From NCBI RefSeq assembly GCF_015259125.1, contig NZ_JABZGR010000005.1: DNA of 64,000 bases, one strand, 5' to 3'. The notes under the pieces were generated by a model. That model was not told where the DNA came from and did no database searches. It saw only the letters and a program-made list of their open reading frames with translations. Shown here piece after piece: positions 33,001 to 41,504 of the stretch (position 1 is the first letter of the stretch; every line of letters starts with the position of its first letter). This stretch comes from Alloprevotella tannerae. Its GTDB lineage: Bacteria > Bacteroidota > Bacteroidia > Bacteroidales > Bacteroidaceae. The translations under genes were made by a program, and so were the position numbers.

Positions 33001-33713
33001 AACGAGAAATGGCATATGCGCTCTACTTAGCGGGCTTTGATGTCAAGGATGTGATGATGACCGATCTGATTAGCGGTCGCGAAACGCTTGACGACATTAA
33101 CTTTATAGTCTTCTGCGGTGGCTTCTCCAACTCGGACGTGCTGGGCAGTGCTAAGGGTTGGGCCGGCGCATTCTTATATAACCCGCAGGCCAAAGCGGCT
33201 TTGGATCGCTTTTATGCGAGAAAGGATACCTTAAGTTTGGGTGTATGTAATGGTTGTCAATTAATGATGGAACTCAATCTTATCAACCCCGAACACACGG
33301 CAAATGGAAAGATGCTGCACAACGATTCTCATAAGTTTGAAAGTGCATTTTTAGGCGTTTCTATTCCAGAAAACAACAGTGTTTTATTGGGTAATATGAG
33401 CGGAACTCAATTGGGCATTTGGGTAGCTCACGGAGAGGGAAAATTCTCCCTGCCGCTGGCTGAAGAAGAATATAATATTGTATTGAAATATACTTACGAC
33501 GCCTACCCGGGTACACCCAACGGCTCTGACTATTCTGTTGCCGGACTTTGTAGTGCCGACGGCCGCCACTTAGCTATGATGCCCCACTTGGAGCGCTCTA
33601 TCTTCACGTGGCAAAATGCTTATTATCCGGCCGACAAACTCAATGACGATGCCACGCCTTGGCTGCAAGCTTTTGTCAATGCACGCAATTGGGTGGCAGC
33701 ACATCAAAAATAA
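30009..33713 (+). CDS. purL: Phosphoribosylformylglycinamidine synthase (large single-chain PurL)
   Basis: 1234 aa. C-terminal class-I GATase has the catalytic Cys in GVCNGCQ. Confidence 0.9.
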   Translation: MILFFSNTTYNYIVVETTETLSPKNLEALCWLFGDAKLKHEQTIEGWFIGPRPEMITPWSTNAVEITQNMNIQGITRIEEFFHVEDETAEYDPMLQHLYHNLGQNVFITKREPTPIQFIEDIERYNEEEGLALSAAEITYLHNVEEQQGRRLTDSEIFGFAQINSEHCRHKIFGGTFIIDGKEMPSSLFAMIKKTTKEYPHKIVSAYKDNVAFSEGPTIEQFAPQDHSTSDYFIIKDIKSVTSLKAETHNFPTTVEPFNGAATGTGGEIRDRMAGGTGSWPIAGTAVYMTAYPRLDGGHPWEDILPVRKWLYQTPEQILIKASNGASDFGNKFGQPLICGSVLTFEHQENGEKYGYDKVIMLAGGVGYGTKRDCLKGEPAKGNKIVVVGGDNYRIGLGGGSVSSVDTGRYSSGIELNAVQRANPEMQKRANNLVRALCEEEVNPVVSIHDHGSAGHVNCLSELVEECGGLIEMDKLPIGDPTLSAKEIIANESQERMGLLIQEEHLAHVQKIADRERAPMYVVGETTGDAHFAFQQADGVRPFDLDVAQMFGHSPKTIMQDETVERKYENVVYQNSQLEEYLTQVLRLEAVACKDWLTNKVDRSVTGKIARQQCVGELQLPLADCGVVALDYRGKYGIATAIGHAPQAGLASPQAGSVLSVAEALTNIVWAPLSEGLDSVSLSANWMWPCRSQKGEDARLYQAVEALSDFCCDLNINVPTGKDSLSLSQQYPDGEKIISPGTVIVSAGGEVDNIRQVVTPNLKDVNASKLYHIDFSFDDLRLGGSAFAQTQKKVGSDVPVVKNPDYFRDAFNAVQRLVKQNLLLAGHDISAGGLITTLLEMCFANVNGGLEINLDAFVGGDLIKILFAENPGIVVQVANENEEAFQELLDEEGIGYALIGVPTEERHILLKQGNATYQLGIDYLRDVWYETSYLLDCKQSKNGCAKLRFENYRQQPLQFDLSTLKFNGTFKSLDINPDRREPSGLRAAIIREKGTNGEREMAYALYLAGFDVKDVMMTDLISGRETLDDINFIVFCGGFSNSDVLGSAKGWAGAFLYNPQAKAALDRFYARKDTLSLGVCNGCQLMMELNLINPEHTANGKMLHNDSHKFESAFLGVSIPENNSVLLGNMSGTQLGIWVAHGEGKFSLPLAEEEYNIVLKYTYDAYPGTPNGSDYSVAGLCSADGRHLAMMPHLERSIFTWQNAYYPADKLNDDATPWLQAFVNARNWVAAHQK

Positions 33714-33741
33714 AAGGCAAGAAGACTCACAAACACGTATT

Positions 33742-33788
33742 CAAATCATTCTCTACAAGGATATTATTCCGGTAGAGAATGATTTTTG
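33742..33788 (+). terminator. purL rho-independent terminator
   Basis: aatcattctctac-[loop]-gtagagaatgatt is a 13-bp stem followed by ttttgt. Confidence 0.6.
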
Positions 33789-34118
33789 TATACAAACGAT
33801 CATACAGCGCCTGGTTTTTTTAGCACAGTATCATATACGATTCCAATTAGTCTTAGTTGTTCACTCCTATACACGATAGCTTTTCAGTTATACTCCGAAT
33901 AGACTATTTTCTTATCGCTAATTATACTGCTTTCAGGAAGATTATATTTCATCACAACGTACTTGCTCGTTCACATAACGCATTTGTCATCCAACAACTT
34001 ATTAGTTTACGCTACAACAGCCTCACAAAGATTTCGTAGGACAAATTTGTGGGCAAATAGAATCATATAAATGACACTCAAAGTCAGCCTTAAAGGTACG
34101 TTGAACAAGTAATGATAA

Positions 34119-34157
34119 TGTACCATAGTGACAGTACGAGTTTACGCTCACGAAAGA
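34119..34157. repeat. Dispersed near-palindromic intergenic repeat, copy C. Degenerate, at the left edge of the mobile element.
   Basis: gtaccatagtgacagtacgagtttacgctcacgaaag. Confidence 0.5.
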
Positions 34158-34398
34158 AGATAATCCCTAAACTGTATCTAATTGAAAATAAAGAAGTTAC
34201 CTTATTGTATAAACTAAACAGGTAACGATTTGGAAACGAGCTAACTGCTTTTGGTCGCAAGTTTCTGCATTAACAAAGAACGCTTGTTATTCTATTTGCA
34301 AAGATAATCATTTGCTTTGAATAACAAGCGTTTTTGATGAGTTTTTCTTTCTTTTGCATCATCTGTTGTTTGGGAAGATTGAAAAATGAGGATAATGA

Positions 34399-35335
34399 TT
34401 ACAATCCTCTTCCTCTTTTCTTCTTTTTCTTGGCTTGGTTTCTGATCCTTTGCTGCCATGCTATCTCGGCATAGTCTTCGCCGTGTGTCTGCGGATTGAT
34501 TAACCCACCTGCTCCGAAAATGATTTCTTCGGCTGCATTTATGGTAGTACTTGCCACATTGCCTACGGCTTGTGCAATAGATGAACTTTCATTTGTGTTG
34601 GCAGATGGTATATAGGAGCGGCTGGGAGGGACAAGTTGATAGCCTCTATTGGATTGAGCGTTGTTCTTTGCCGGCTCGTCTGCCATTGTCGTTGCTTTCT
34701 TTGGTTCTGTCTTGTTGCTTATCTCAAAGTTCTTCTGCAAGGAACGGTAACCGAACTCCCTGCCGATTTCCGATGCCTTAAAAGTCTGTCCACTGTATGC
34801 GAACTTCAAGCCATATACCTTGCCCTGTTTGTTCTCTCGTTGAGTTGGCTTTTGGCTTCTGATGCAGCCTTTTCACCTTGACTTCCTTTGCGATGGTCAA
34901 GCCATACTTGCGGCTGAGTTCCTCTGTCACCCTTGCAGTCCTGTTGCTCACAAAAGTGGTATCATAGACCTCTCCATATAGGCTGATGCGGTTGGCAATG
35001 ATATGAATGTGTCTGTTGTCGGTGTCCTTGTGCGTTACTGCCACCCATTAGTGGTTGTCAAGTCCCATTCGCTTGGCAAACAAATGGTCTATTCCCATAA
35101 GCTTGGATACAGGCAGACTTTTCTCGTCCTGCGGTGCGATGCCTATTTCGATACGGAGAAACTTGTTCCTGCAACGGCTGTTATACTCGTTGACCACTTT
35201 CATTTCCTCATAGATTGTCTTTGGCTCCCTGCTGCAAAGATTGTGAAAGGCAAGCCGATAGCCGAGCTTGCCCTCTCTGAAAATATAGTCCAGAGCCGTA
35301 CTGCCGTGCGCTATCGCCTTACATTTTCCTATCAT
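34399..35335 (-). pseudogene. MobB-type relaxase, disrupted by an in-frame TAA at 35048-35050 and a frameshift near 34778-34809
   Basis: Three consecutive minus-strand ORFs. The first has a MobB-like N-terminus (MIGKCKAIAHGSTALDYIFRE). The second has relaxase motif III (HKDTDNRHIHIIANR). The third is a C-terminal tail. ORF1 and ORF2 are in the same frame, separated by a stop. ORF2 and ORF3 overlap in different frames. Confidence 0.75.
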
Positions 35336-35750
35336 CTCTTCTCATATTTAAGACCTTATATACCTCATCGTCCACACGAAAATGCGGGTCGTAAAATCGC
35401 TTAAATGCTTCTTTGGCACATAGCGAGAGGTTCTTTGTGATATGTAGCCAATCTTCGTCCTTGACCTTGATGAGGTTGGAAACCTGCCCATAGAATCTTC
35501 CTGTATGTTGGAGGATGGCAATGGCTTCCCTCTCGTTGTCGGTCATCTTGGGGACGGCTATTATCTCGCCGTTAAGGAGTATCTCACGGCAGTAGTCGGA
35601 GAACCTCCGCCCTGTATTTTCCGCTTTTGACTTGATACGCTGCTTCTCTTCTAAGGTGCATCTTACCTTGATGAACTCCGTTTTGTTCATCCGCTGTTCT
35701 TCCTTATCCTGTTGCTGCCATCGGGCAGCTTTTCCTTTGTATCTTTTCAT
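35319..35750 (-). CDS. Mobilization accessory protein (MobA/MobC-like relaxosome protein)
   Basis: 143 aa, basic. It overlaps the relaxase start, as in Bacteroides mobA-mobB pairs. The call rests on position and composition. Confidence 0.45.
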   Translation of the reverse strand: MKRYKGKAARWQQQDKEEQRMNKTEFIKVRCTLEEKQRIKSKAENTGRRFSDYCREILLNGEIIAVPKMTDNEREAIAILQHTGRFYGQVSNLIKVKDEDWLHITKNLSLCAKEAFKRFYDPHFRVDDEVYKVLNMRRDDRKM

Positions 35751-36021
35751 ATAAGTTTCTTAGAAAGTTAATCATTGTAGATGATTCATTGTTTCTTAAT
35801 TCCTGAATACTGACCGATGAGAACGGAGTGATTACGGTCTTATCTCCCCGACAATCGAACGAGGGGAGCAAGAGCAGTTTGTGGGTACAAACTGACGTCT
35901 TGCAATGTCAGTGACTAGACCATTTACGCACGAGGCGTTTTGCAGCCGAAAAGTGAATGCCGTGCATTCTGTGTTTAACTGTGTTCGTGGTGTTCTCATC
36001 ATTCAGATGTCTGCTTACTAA

Positions 36022-36084
36022 AAATATGATGTCATATTTACCCAAATATGACGTCTCATTTACGAGAATATGACATCATATTTT
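36022..36084. promoter_or_regulatory. Candidate oriT or regulatory iterons: three 18-bp palindromic units AAATATGA-NN-TCATATTT
   Basis: aaatatgatgtcatattt (36022-36039), aaatatgacgtctcattt (36044-36061), aatatgacatcatatttt (36067-36084). They lie upstream of mobA and downstream of the DUF3408 gene. Confidence 0.4.
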
Positions 36085-36151
36085 AATGCGATAGTAGGAT
36101 TAGAGCGGGAAATAAATCTTTTGAAATTCATCCCTCGCCCCCTCCTGCGGT

Positions 36152-36595
36152 TTATAACCTCCTCCATTTCTCTATGTCCTCACCGTATTCCTCCAGATGG
36201 AGGCGCACGATGTTCTCCACAAAACTTGAGAGGTTGCTGCGCCTGTCACCCAACCTGCGGACGACGAAGTCAGCACGCTCCTGTGTCTCCCTGCTCAGAT
36301 AAACCGCCTTTCGGTCGTTCAATTTGGACGGAACAAGGAACGCCTGTTTGTAGGCTTCGAGCGTTCCCCATCCCATCTTGGCACTGATGCGCCGTTGAAT
36401 GGTTGCATTCTCTGTGTGCTGTGCAGGTTCGGATGGCGTGGCATGTTCCACCTCTTGTTGCTTTTGAATAAAATTAATTCTCTTTGCCTGAAATTCGGCG
36501 ATGGTTTCTTCACTTGAACTTTGAGCTTGGCTTATAACCAAAAGATTCTTCGATGAAACGATCCCTTTCTTCTGTGTTTTTTCCTTTTTCATCAC
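36152..36595 (-). CDS. DUF3408-family protein, common in Bacteroides conjugative and mobilizable elements
   Basis: 147-aa protein next to the mob genes. The family call is from memory and moderately confident. Confidence 0.45.
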   Translation of the reverse strand: MMKKEKTQKKGIVSSKNLLVISQAQSSSEETIAEFQAKRINFIQKQQEVEHATPSEPAQHTENATIQRRISAKMGWGTLEAYKQAFLVPSKLNDRKAVYLSRETQERADFVVRRLGDRRSNLSSFVENIVRLHLEEYGEDIEKWRRL

Positions 36596-37256
36596 TCTAT
36601 CTTATTTTAAGTTTGACTTGTTTGGATCCAGCCATTTTCGTTTCGGGTGCTTAAAAAGGTAGGGGTTAGGGAATGCAAGGTTTTTCGGGAAAATACTACC
36701 CACAGGGCTGGAGATTTTTCCCGAAGACAGGAGGCTTGGCCTTGCTTTCCCGTCAAATCCCGGAGTTACCTTTACGCCCAGAACGAAAATGACTGTCTGA
36801 TGTGGCTCACTGAAAGGCGCGAAAATGGAGGTAAACGGAAGTAGAGGCTGATTAGATAGAAAACTTCAAAAGGGAAATCCGTGAAAAAAGTACCCCCCAA
36901 CAAAAAGAGCATAGCCAGTTGTGTGAAACTGGGCAAACCACCTGCAAGGGAGTATGGCTTTATCTGTCTGGCCAGACGTGTCGGATCGGGCGGTCATACA
37001 CGGCTTTCCGCTTTCGGCTCAAAGGAACAGCAAAAAAGAAAAATCATCTGAAAATCCCTTTTCTCCACTTATGCAGTAGTCGGCACACGTTCGTTCAAAA
37101 TCCTTTTGGGCGATGGTGTGCCGACAGACAAAAACCGATTTTACGGAATGTTGTTATGTTTATATTGGTAATATTTATTATTATAATTATAAAAACACGC
37201 TAATCATTTTGTCATTCGGACTATCTTTATTAAATTTGCAGATTATAGAAATAGTT

Positions 37257-37493
37257 ATGCAAATGAAGCGGATAAATCGACTGAAAATAGTGCTTGCGGA
37301 ACAAGATAAAACCGGGAAATGGTTGGCACATGCATTAGGTAAAAATGAATCGACAGTTTCTCGTTGGTGTACAAACGAAGTTCAGCCTTCAGTAGAAACA
37401 CTACTGACGATTGCCGAAACTTTAAAAGTTGATATTAAAGAATTACTTTGTTCTACGCAAATGTGTAATCAAGATGATAGTATCCAAATATAA
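37257..37493 (+). CDS. XRE-family HTH controller (C) protein of the modification module
   Basis: MQMKRINRLKIVLAEQDKTGKWLAHALGKNESTVSRWCTNEVQPSVETLLTIAETLKV matches a Cro/C1 HTH. A Bacteroides -7-like TAAATTTG sits at 37231-37238. The gene overlaps the methyltransferase start. Confidence 0.65.
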   Translation: MQMKRINRLKIVLAEQDKTGKWLAHALGKNESTVSRWCTNEVQPSVETLLTIAETLKVDIKELLCSTQMCNQDDSIQI

Positions 37494-38541
37494 AGCAATC
37501 GATTTTTTCTGCGGAGGAGGCGGAATGACTTGCGGTTTAAGACAGGCAGGGATTAACGTTATAGCAGGTGTGGACTTTGATCAAGATGCCAAAGAAACGT
37601 ATGAATACAATAATCTCGGAAGTGTTTTCATTCAAAAAAATATAAAGAATTTACGGAGTAATTATTTTGAGCGAAAATTCGAGATACGGAAAAATGACGA
37701 CTTTTTGATTTTGGTAGGATGCAGTCCCTGCCAATTTTACAGTATAATTAATACGGATAAGAATAAAGCCTTAAAATCGAAGGATTTATTAAAAAATTTT
37801 GCTCGCTTTATCGAATATTATAGACCGGGATATGTATTAGTGGAAAATGTTCCGGGTATAATCACAAATAAAGATAGCATCTTACCTTATTTTCTACGAA
37901 AACTGGAAGACCTCGGATATAAAAATCCCGTTTATAAAGTTGTAAATATGAGCTATTACGGTGTACCTCAAAGTCGTCGAAGATTTTCTCTTATCGCAAC
38001 ACGATTGGAAAACGTCAATATACATTTACCTAAGGCGGACGATAAAGAGACCGTATTAGCCGATTATTTAGGTGAAGGAAACGGCTTTCCCAAAGTTAGC
38101 GCAGGACATAAAGACGGTAGTGTGTTTAACCATACGGTTGCCGGATTAAGTGATATATGTCTTAAACGATTGGCAAAGACCAAACATGACGGTGGGAACA
38201 GACTTGATTGGGCAAACGATCCGGATTTGCAATTACCTTGCTTTATAGGAAAAGACGATTGCTTTAAAGATACATTTGGGCGTATGTGGTGGCATCGACC
38301 AGCTTCGACCATTACGACTAAATTTTATAGTATCTCAAACGGACGTTTTGGACATCCGGAAGAAGATCGTGCCCTTTCTTTACGGGAAGGTGCTACATTG
38401 CAAACGTTCCCCAAAAACTATGTATTTAAAACAAATAGTATTACTGCAACGGCAAAATTAATTGGCAATGCAGTTCCGTGTGAATATGCTCGGCGATTAG
38501 GTGAAACGATAAAAGCACTGGAAAACAATGGCACAATTTAA
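37474..38541 (+). CDS. dcm: DNA (cytosine-5)-methyltransferase (Dcm-type)
   Basis: Motif I DFFCGGGGMTCG, motif IV GCSPCQFYS and motif VI VLVENVPGI. The start at 37474 (MIVSKYKAIDFF) was chosen over the ORF-track start at 37429. Confidence 0.9.
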   Translation: MIVSKYKAIDFFCGGGGMTCGLRQAGINVIAGVDFDQDAKETYEYNNLGSVFIQKNIKNLRSNYFERKFEIRKNDDFLILVGCSPCQFYSIINTDKNKALKSKDLLKNFARFIEYYRPGYVLVENVPGIITNKDSILPYFLRKLEDLGYKNPVYKVVNMSYYGVPQSRRRFSLIATRLENVNIHLPKADDKETVLADYLGEGNGFPKVSAGHKDGSVFNHTVAGLSDICLKRLAKTKHDGGNRLDWANDPDLQLPCFIGKDDCFKDTFGRMWWHRPASTITTKFYSISNGRFGHPEEDRALSLREGATLQTFPKNYVFKTNSITATAKLIGNAVPCEYARRLGETIKALENNGTI

Positions 38542-41500
38542 AACTCGAGCAAGAGCTCTCGACTTATTGGGGCGACAACAAATTGCCGGTATCCCTACAG
38601 CCATTAACGAGCTTATAAAAAATGCGCATGATGCGTATGCGGATAAGTTCGATATCGATTTTCTCCGATGTAATAATCTGCTGGTATTACGCGATGACGG
38701 GCTCGGTATGACGAAAGAGGAATTTGAAACTCGTTGGCTTACGCTCGGGACCGAAAGTAAATTGGCAAATAAAAAAAGCAGTTTACCGCCCATTGACATA
38801 TCAAAGCCAAGACGTCCTATCATGGGAGAAAAAGGTATCGGAAGATTGGCTATTGCATCAATAGGAAGTCAGGTTTTGATTGTATCGAAAGCAAAATTAA
38901 GATCTAAAGAATATGATATTGTTGTGGCTTTCATTAATTGGGAGATATTCGAGTTGCCGGGGATTAACTTGGAGGATATTGTTATTCCGGTAAGAGAATA
39001 CTCTCGTATGCCGAATGCTGTCGATATTGACAATATTAAAAATGAAGTAATACAGTCCCTTGATAAATTAAACCAAAAAGGACTTATTGATGACAAGGAT
39101 TTTGAAAAAATAAAAAGTTCTATCACGTCTTTTCAAGTTGACCCACGCCAACTTTCCTTACAACTACAACAAGGATTTGAATTAACCAATGGTTGCGGCG
39201 GAACTCAATTTTTCATCTCCCCGGTTTACGATACGATTATTTCCGATATAGAGGGAGACGGCAATTCGGACGAAGCTACAAAAATCGAGAAAATGTTGAT
39301 GGGATTTCACAATACAATGACCCCCGATCATCCTTTTCCCGTCGTTGACATTTCATTTAGGGACTATAAGACGAACGACGGAAGTTTTGTCAGCATCATA
39401 GATAAAGAACATTTTTTTACAACAGAAGAATTTGAATTGGCAGATCATCATTTTCAAGGGCGATTTGATGAATTCGGACAATTCAAAGGATTAGTAAAAA
39501 TATATGGAGAAAAAACATACGATCACATTGTAAATTGGCGGGATAACTCTTATAGAGAAACCGAATGCGGTCCGTTTAAAATCAACTTGGCGTATTTACA
39601 AGGAGAATTGAAAAGTTCTCGTGTAGATGTCCAAAATTATGCCAGAATTAAAGCCAAAGGAGATAAATTCGGAGGTTTATACATATATAGAGATAATATT
39701 CGAGTTCTACCGTATGGGGACTCCGATTATGATTTTCTGGATATTGAAAAAAATCGTTCGAAACGAGCATCAACATATTTCTTTTCTTATCGACGAATGT
39801 TCGGCGCTATTGAAATAGCAGACCGAGAACACAGCAGTTTGGTAGAGAAAGCCGGACGCGAAGGTTTTATTGAAAATAAAGCATATCGTCAACTTCAAGC
39901 GATTTTAAAGAACTTCTTTGTACAACTTGCCGCTGATTTTTTCAGCGGAAAAAACAAAACTGCACAATCAGAATTTTTCAATCAGAAGAAAGACGAGTTT
40001 AATGCGTACCATAACGCGCTTGAACGTCGGGACAAATTAGCAAAATCGAAAAAGGAAAGATTTGCTCGTGAGCTCGATATCTTTTTTACCAGTTTAACGG
40101 AACATAAATTCGAAAACGAGCTGGAAGGGCTACTTACGCATTTTAGGAATGATTTACATTCTGTTTTATACATTAACGATGCGGATGAAGCAAGCCAGAA
40201 GATAATTGATCTGGAATTCGCCATGAGACAAAAAGTTGCCGATTATAAAAAAAGAATATCGGTAACAAGTCCCAAAGGATTTGCTATGTCAAAATCAATG
40301 AGAACAGATTTTGATACATACCTTAATGAGTTTAAAATTTTGGAACAAACGATATTTAAAAATATCAATGAAAATATCGATCGACTAATTGATGATTATA
40401 CGGCACAGCTGAATCTGGAAATAAGTAAGCGAAAGCGGTTGGAGCAAGCGGTGGAATTGATTTCAGCCGAGGCTTTGTCTCTTAATAAAAAGAAGAAAAG
40501 CGAAACTAATGATGTTGTTTCCGATGTTTCTCGTAAAATTAAGGATCTTACGAATGAGCTGATAATCGATTTAGATAATCAAATACGAAGCGTAAAGGAT
40601 CAATTCAAATTATTAGCAACCAATAAAGCCGATAACTTTGATTTGGTAACGGAACGCAAGAGAATGGAAACAGAAATAGAATCCATAAGCAGTCGAAATA
40701 CGGATGTTATGGAACGTATAATTCGACAATTTGAAAGTTTTTATGTTGAAAAAAACGAAGACGGTCAAATAATTACAAATGACCAAATAGCGGAAGCCGC
40801 TTCGGAAGAATTGGAGGAATTACGGGAACGATTACAATCGGACGTTGAATTAAGCCAATTAGGACTGGCTGTCGGGATATTGCACCATGAGTTCAACGGT
40901 ACGGTTAATTCGATTCGACATAGTCTGAAAGATTTAAAAGCATGGTCGGATGTAGACATCAAATTGGAAGGAATATACAAAAATATCAAGGTAAATTTCG
41001 AACATTTGGATGGCTATTTAAATTTGTTTACCCCGTTAAACCGACGATTGAATCGACGTAGAGAAGACATTTCTTTACTGGATATTAAAACATTTTTAAT
41101 AGATTTGTTCAAATCCCGTCTTGAACGACACAATATAGCTTTTAAACATACTAACGGGTTTGCAGGTCGAAAAATACACGGATTTCGTTCTACATTCTAT
41201 CCCGTATTTGTTAATATCATTGATAATGCCATTTATTGGTTGAAACAAAGTGATGTTCCTGAAAAAATTATTCGGCTGCATGCGGATGATACGGGAATAT
41301 ACATTTCCAATAACGGTATTGAAATAAAGCCCCAAGATAAGGAACGAATCTTTGAATTGAGATTTTCCAGAAAGCCCAATGGAAGAGGATTGGGGTTGAG
41401 TATAAGTAAAGAGGTTTTGAATGCAGAGAACTATGATATATTTGTGGCACAACCTAAGGAAGGTTCTACAGTTACTTTTAAAATTCAAAAAATGCAATAA
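38528..41500 (+). CDS. 990-aa protein with two Bergerat-fold ATPase modules. N-terminal MORC/MutL-like GHKL ATPase, central coiled-coil, C-terminal histidine-kinase core (DHp H-box plus HATPase_c).
   Basis: N-terminus: ELIKNAHDAYA (N-box), RDDGLGM (G1), GEKGIGRLA (G2). C-terminus: ILHHEFNGTVNSIRHSL (H-box-like), NIIDNAIYW (N-box), DDTGIYISNNGIEI (G1), GRGLGLSISKEV (G2). It overlaps the dcm stop by 14 bp. Confidence 0.7.
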   Translation: MAQFKTRARALDLLGRQQIAGIPTAINELIKNAHDAYADKFDIDFLRCNNLLVLRDDGLGMTKEEFETRWLTLGTESKLANKKSSLPPIDISKPRRPIMGEKGIGRLAIASIGSQVLIVSKAKLRSKEYDIVVAFINWEIFELPGINLEDIVIPVREYSRMPNAVDIDNIKNEVIQSLDKLNQKGLIDDKDFEKIKSSITSFQVDPRQLSLQLQQGFELTNGCGGTQFFISPVYDTIISDIEGDGNSDEATKIEKMLMGFHNTMTPDHPFPVVDISFRDYKTNDGSFVSIIDKEHFFTTEEFELADHHFQGRFDEFGQFKGLVKIYGEKTYDHIVNWRDNSYRETECGPFKINLAYLQGELKSSRVDVQNYARIKAKGDKFGGLYIYRDNIRVLPYGDSDYDFLDIEKNRSKRASTYFFSYRRMFGAIEIADREHSSLVEKAGREGFIENKAYRQLQAILKNFFVQLAADFFSGKNKTAQSEFFNQKKDEFNAYHNALERRDKLAKSKKERFARELDIFFTSLTEHKFENELEGLLTHFRNDLHSVLYINDADEASQKIIDLEFAMRQKVADYKKRISVTSPKGFAMSKSMRTDFDTYLNEFKILEQTIFKNINENIDRLIDDYTAQLNLEISKRKRLEQAVELISAEALSLNKKKKSETNDVVSDVSRKIKDLTNELIIDLDNQIRSVKDQFKLLATNKADNFDLVTERKRMETEIESISSRNTDVMERIIRQFESFYVEKNEDGQIITNDQIAEAASEELEELRERLQSDVELSQLGLAVGILHHEFNGTVNSIRHSLKDLKAWSDVDIKLEGIYKNIKVNFEHLDGYLNLFTPLNRRLNRRREDISLLDIKTFLIDLFKSRLERHNIAFKHTNGFAGRKIHGFRSTFYPVFVNIIDNAIYWLKQSDVPEKIIRLHADDTGIYISNNGIEIKPQDKERIFELRFSRKPNGRGLGLSISKEVLNAENYDIFVAQPKEGSTVTFKIQKMQ

Positions 41501-41504
41501 AAAT

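Noticed and set aside
37061-37100. An 11-bp match (cacttatgcag) shared between the island's DUF3408-to-C intergenic region and the region just outside the integrase (about 46622-46650). I considered it as a possible att core or a repeated promoter.
   Set aside because: It is too short and the flanks diverge. One copy is internal to the element, so it cannot be a simple attL/attR pair.
36647-37203. ORFs of 65 and 94 aa between the DUF3408 gene and the C-protein gene
   Set aside because: They have low-complexity or odd composition (for example FILVIFIIIIIKTR) and sit in a likely promoter or leader region. There is no support for them.
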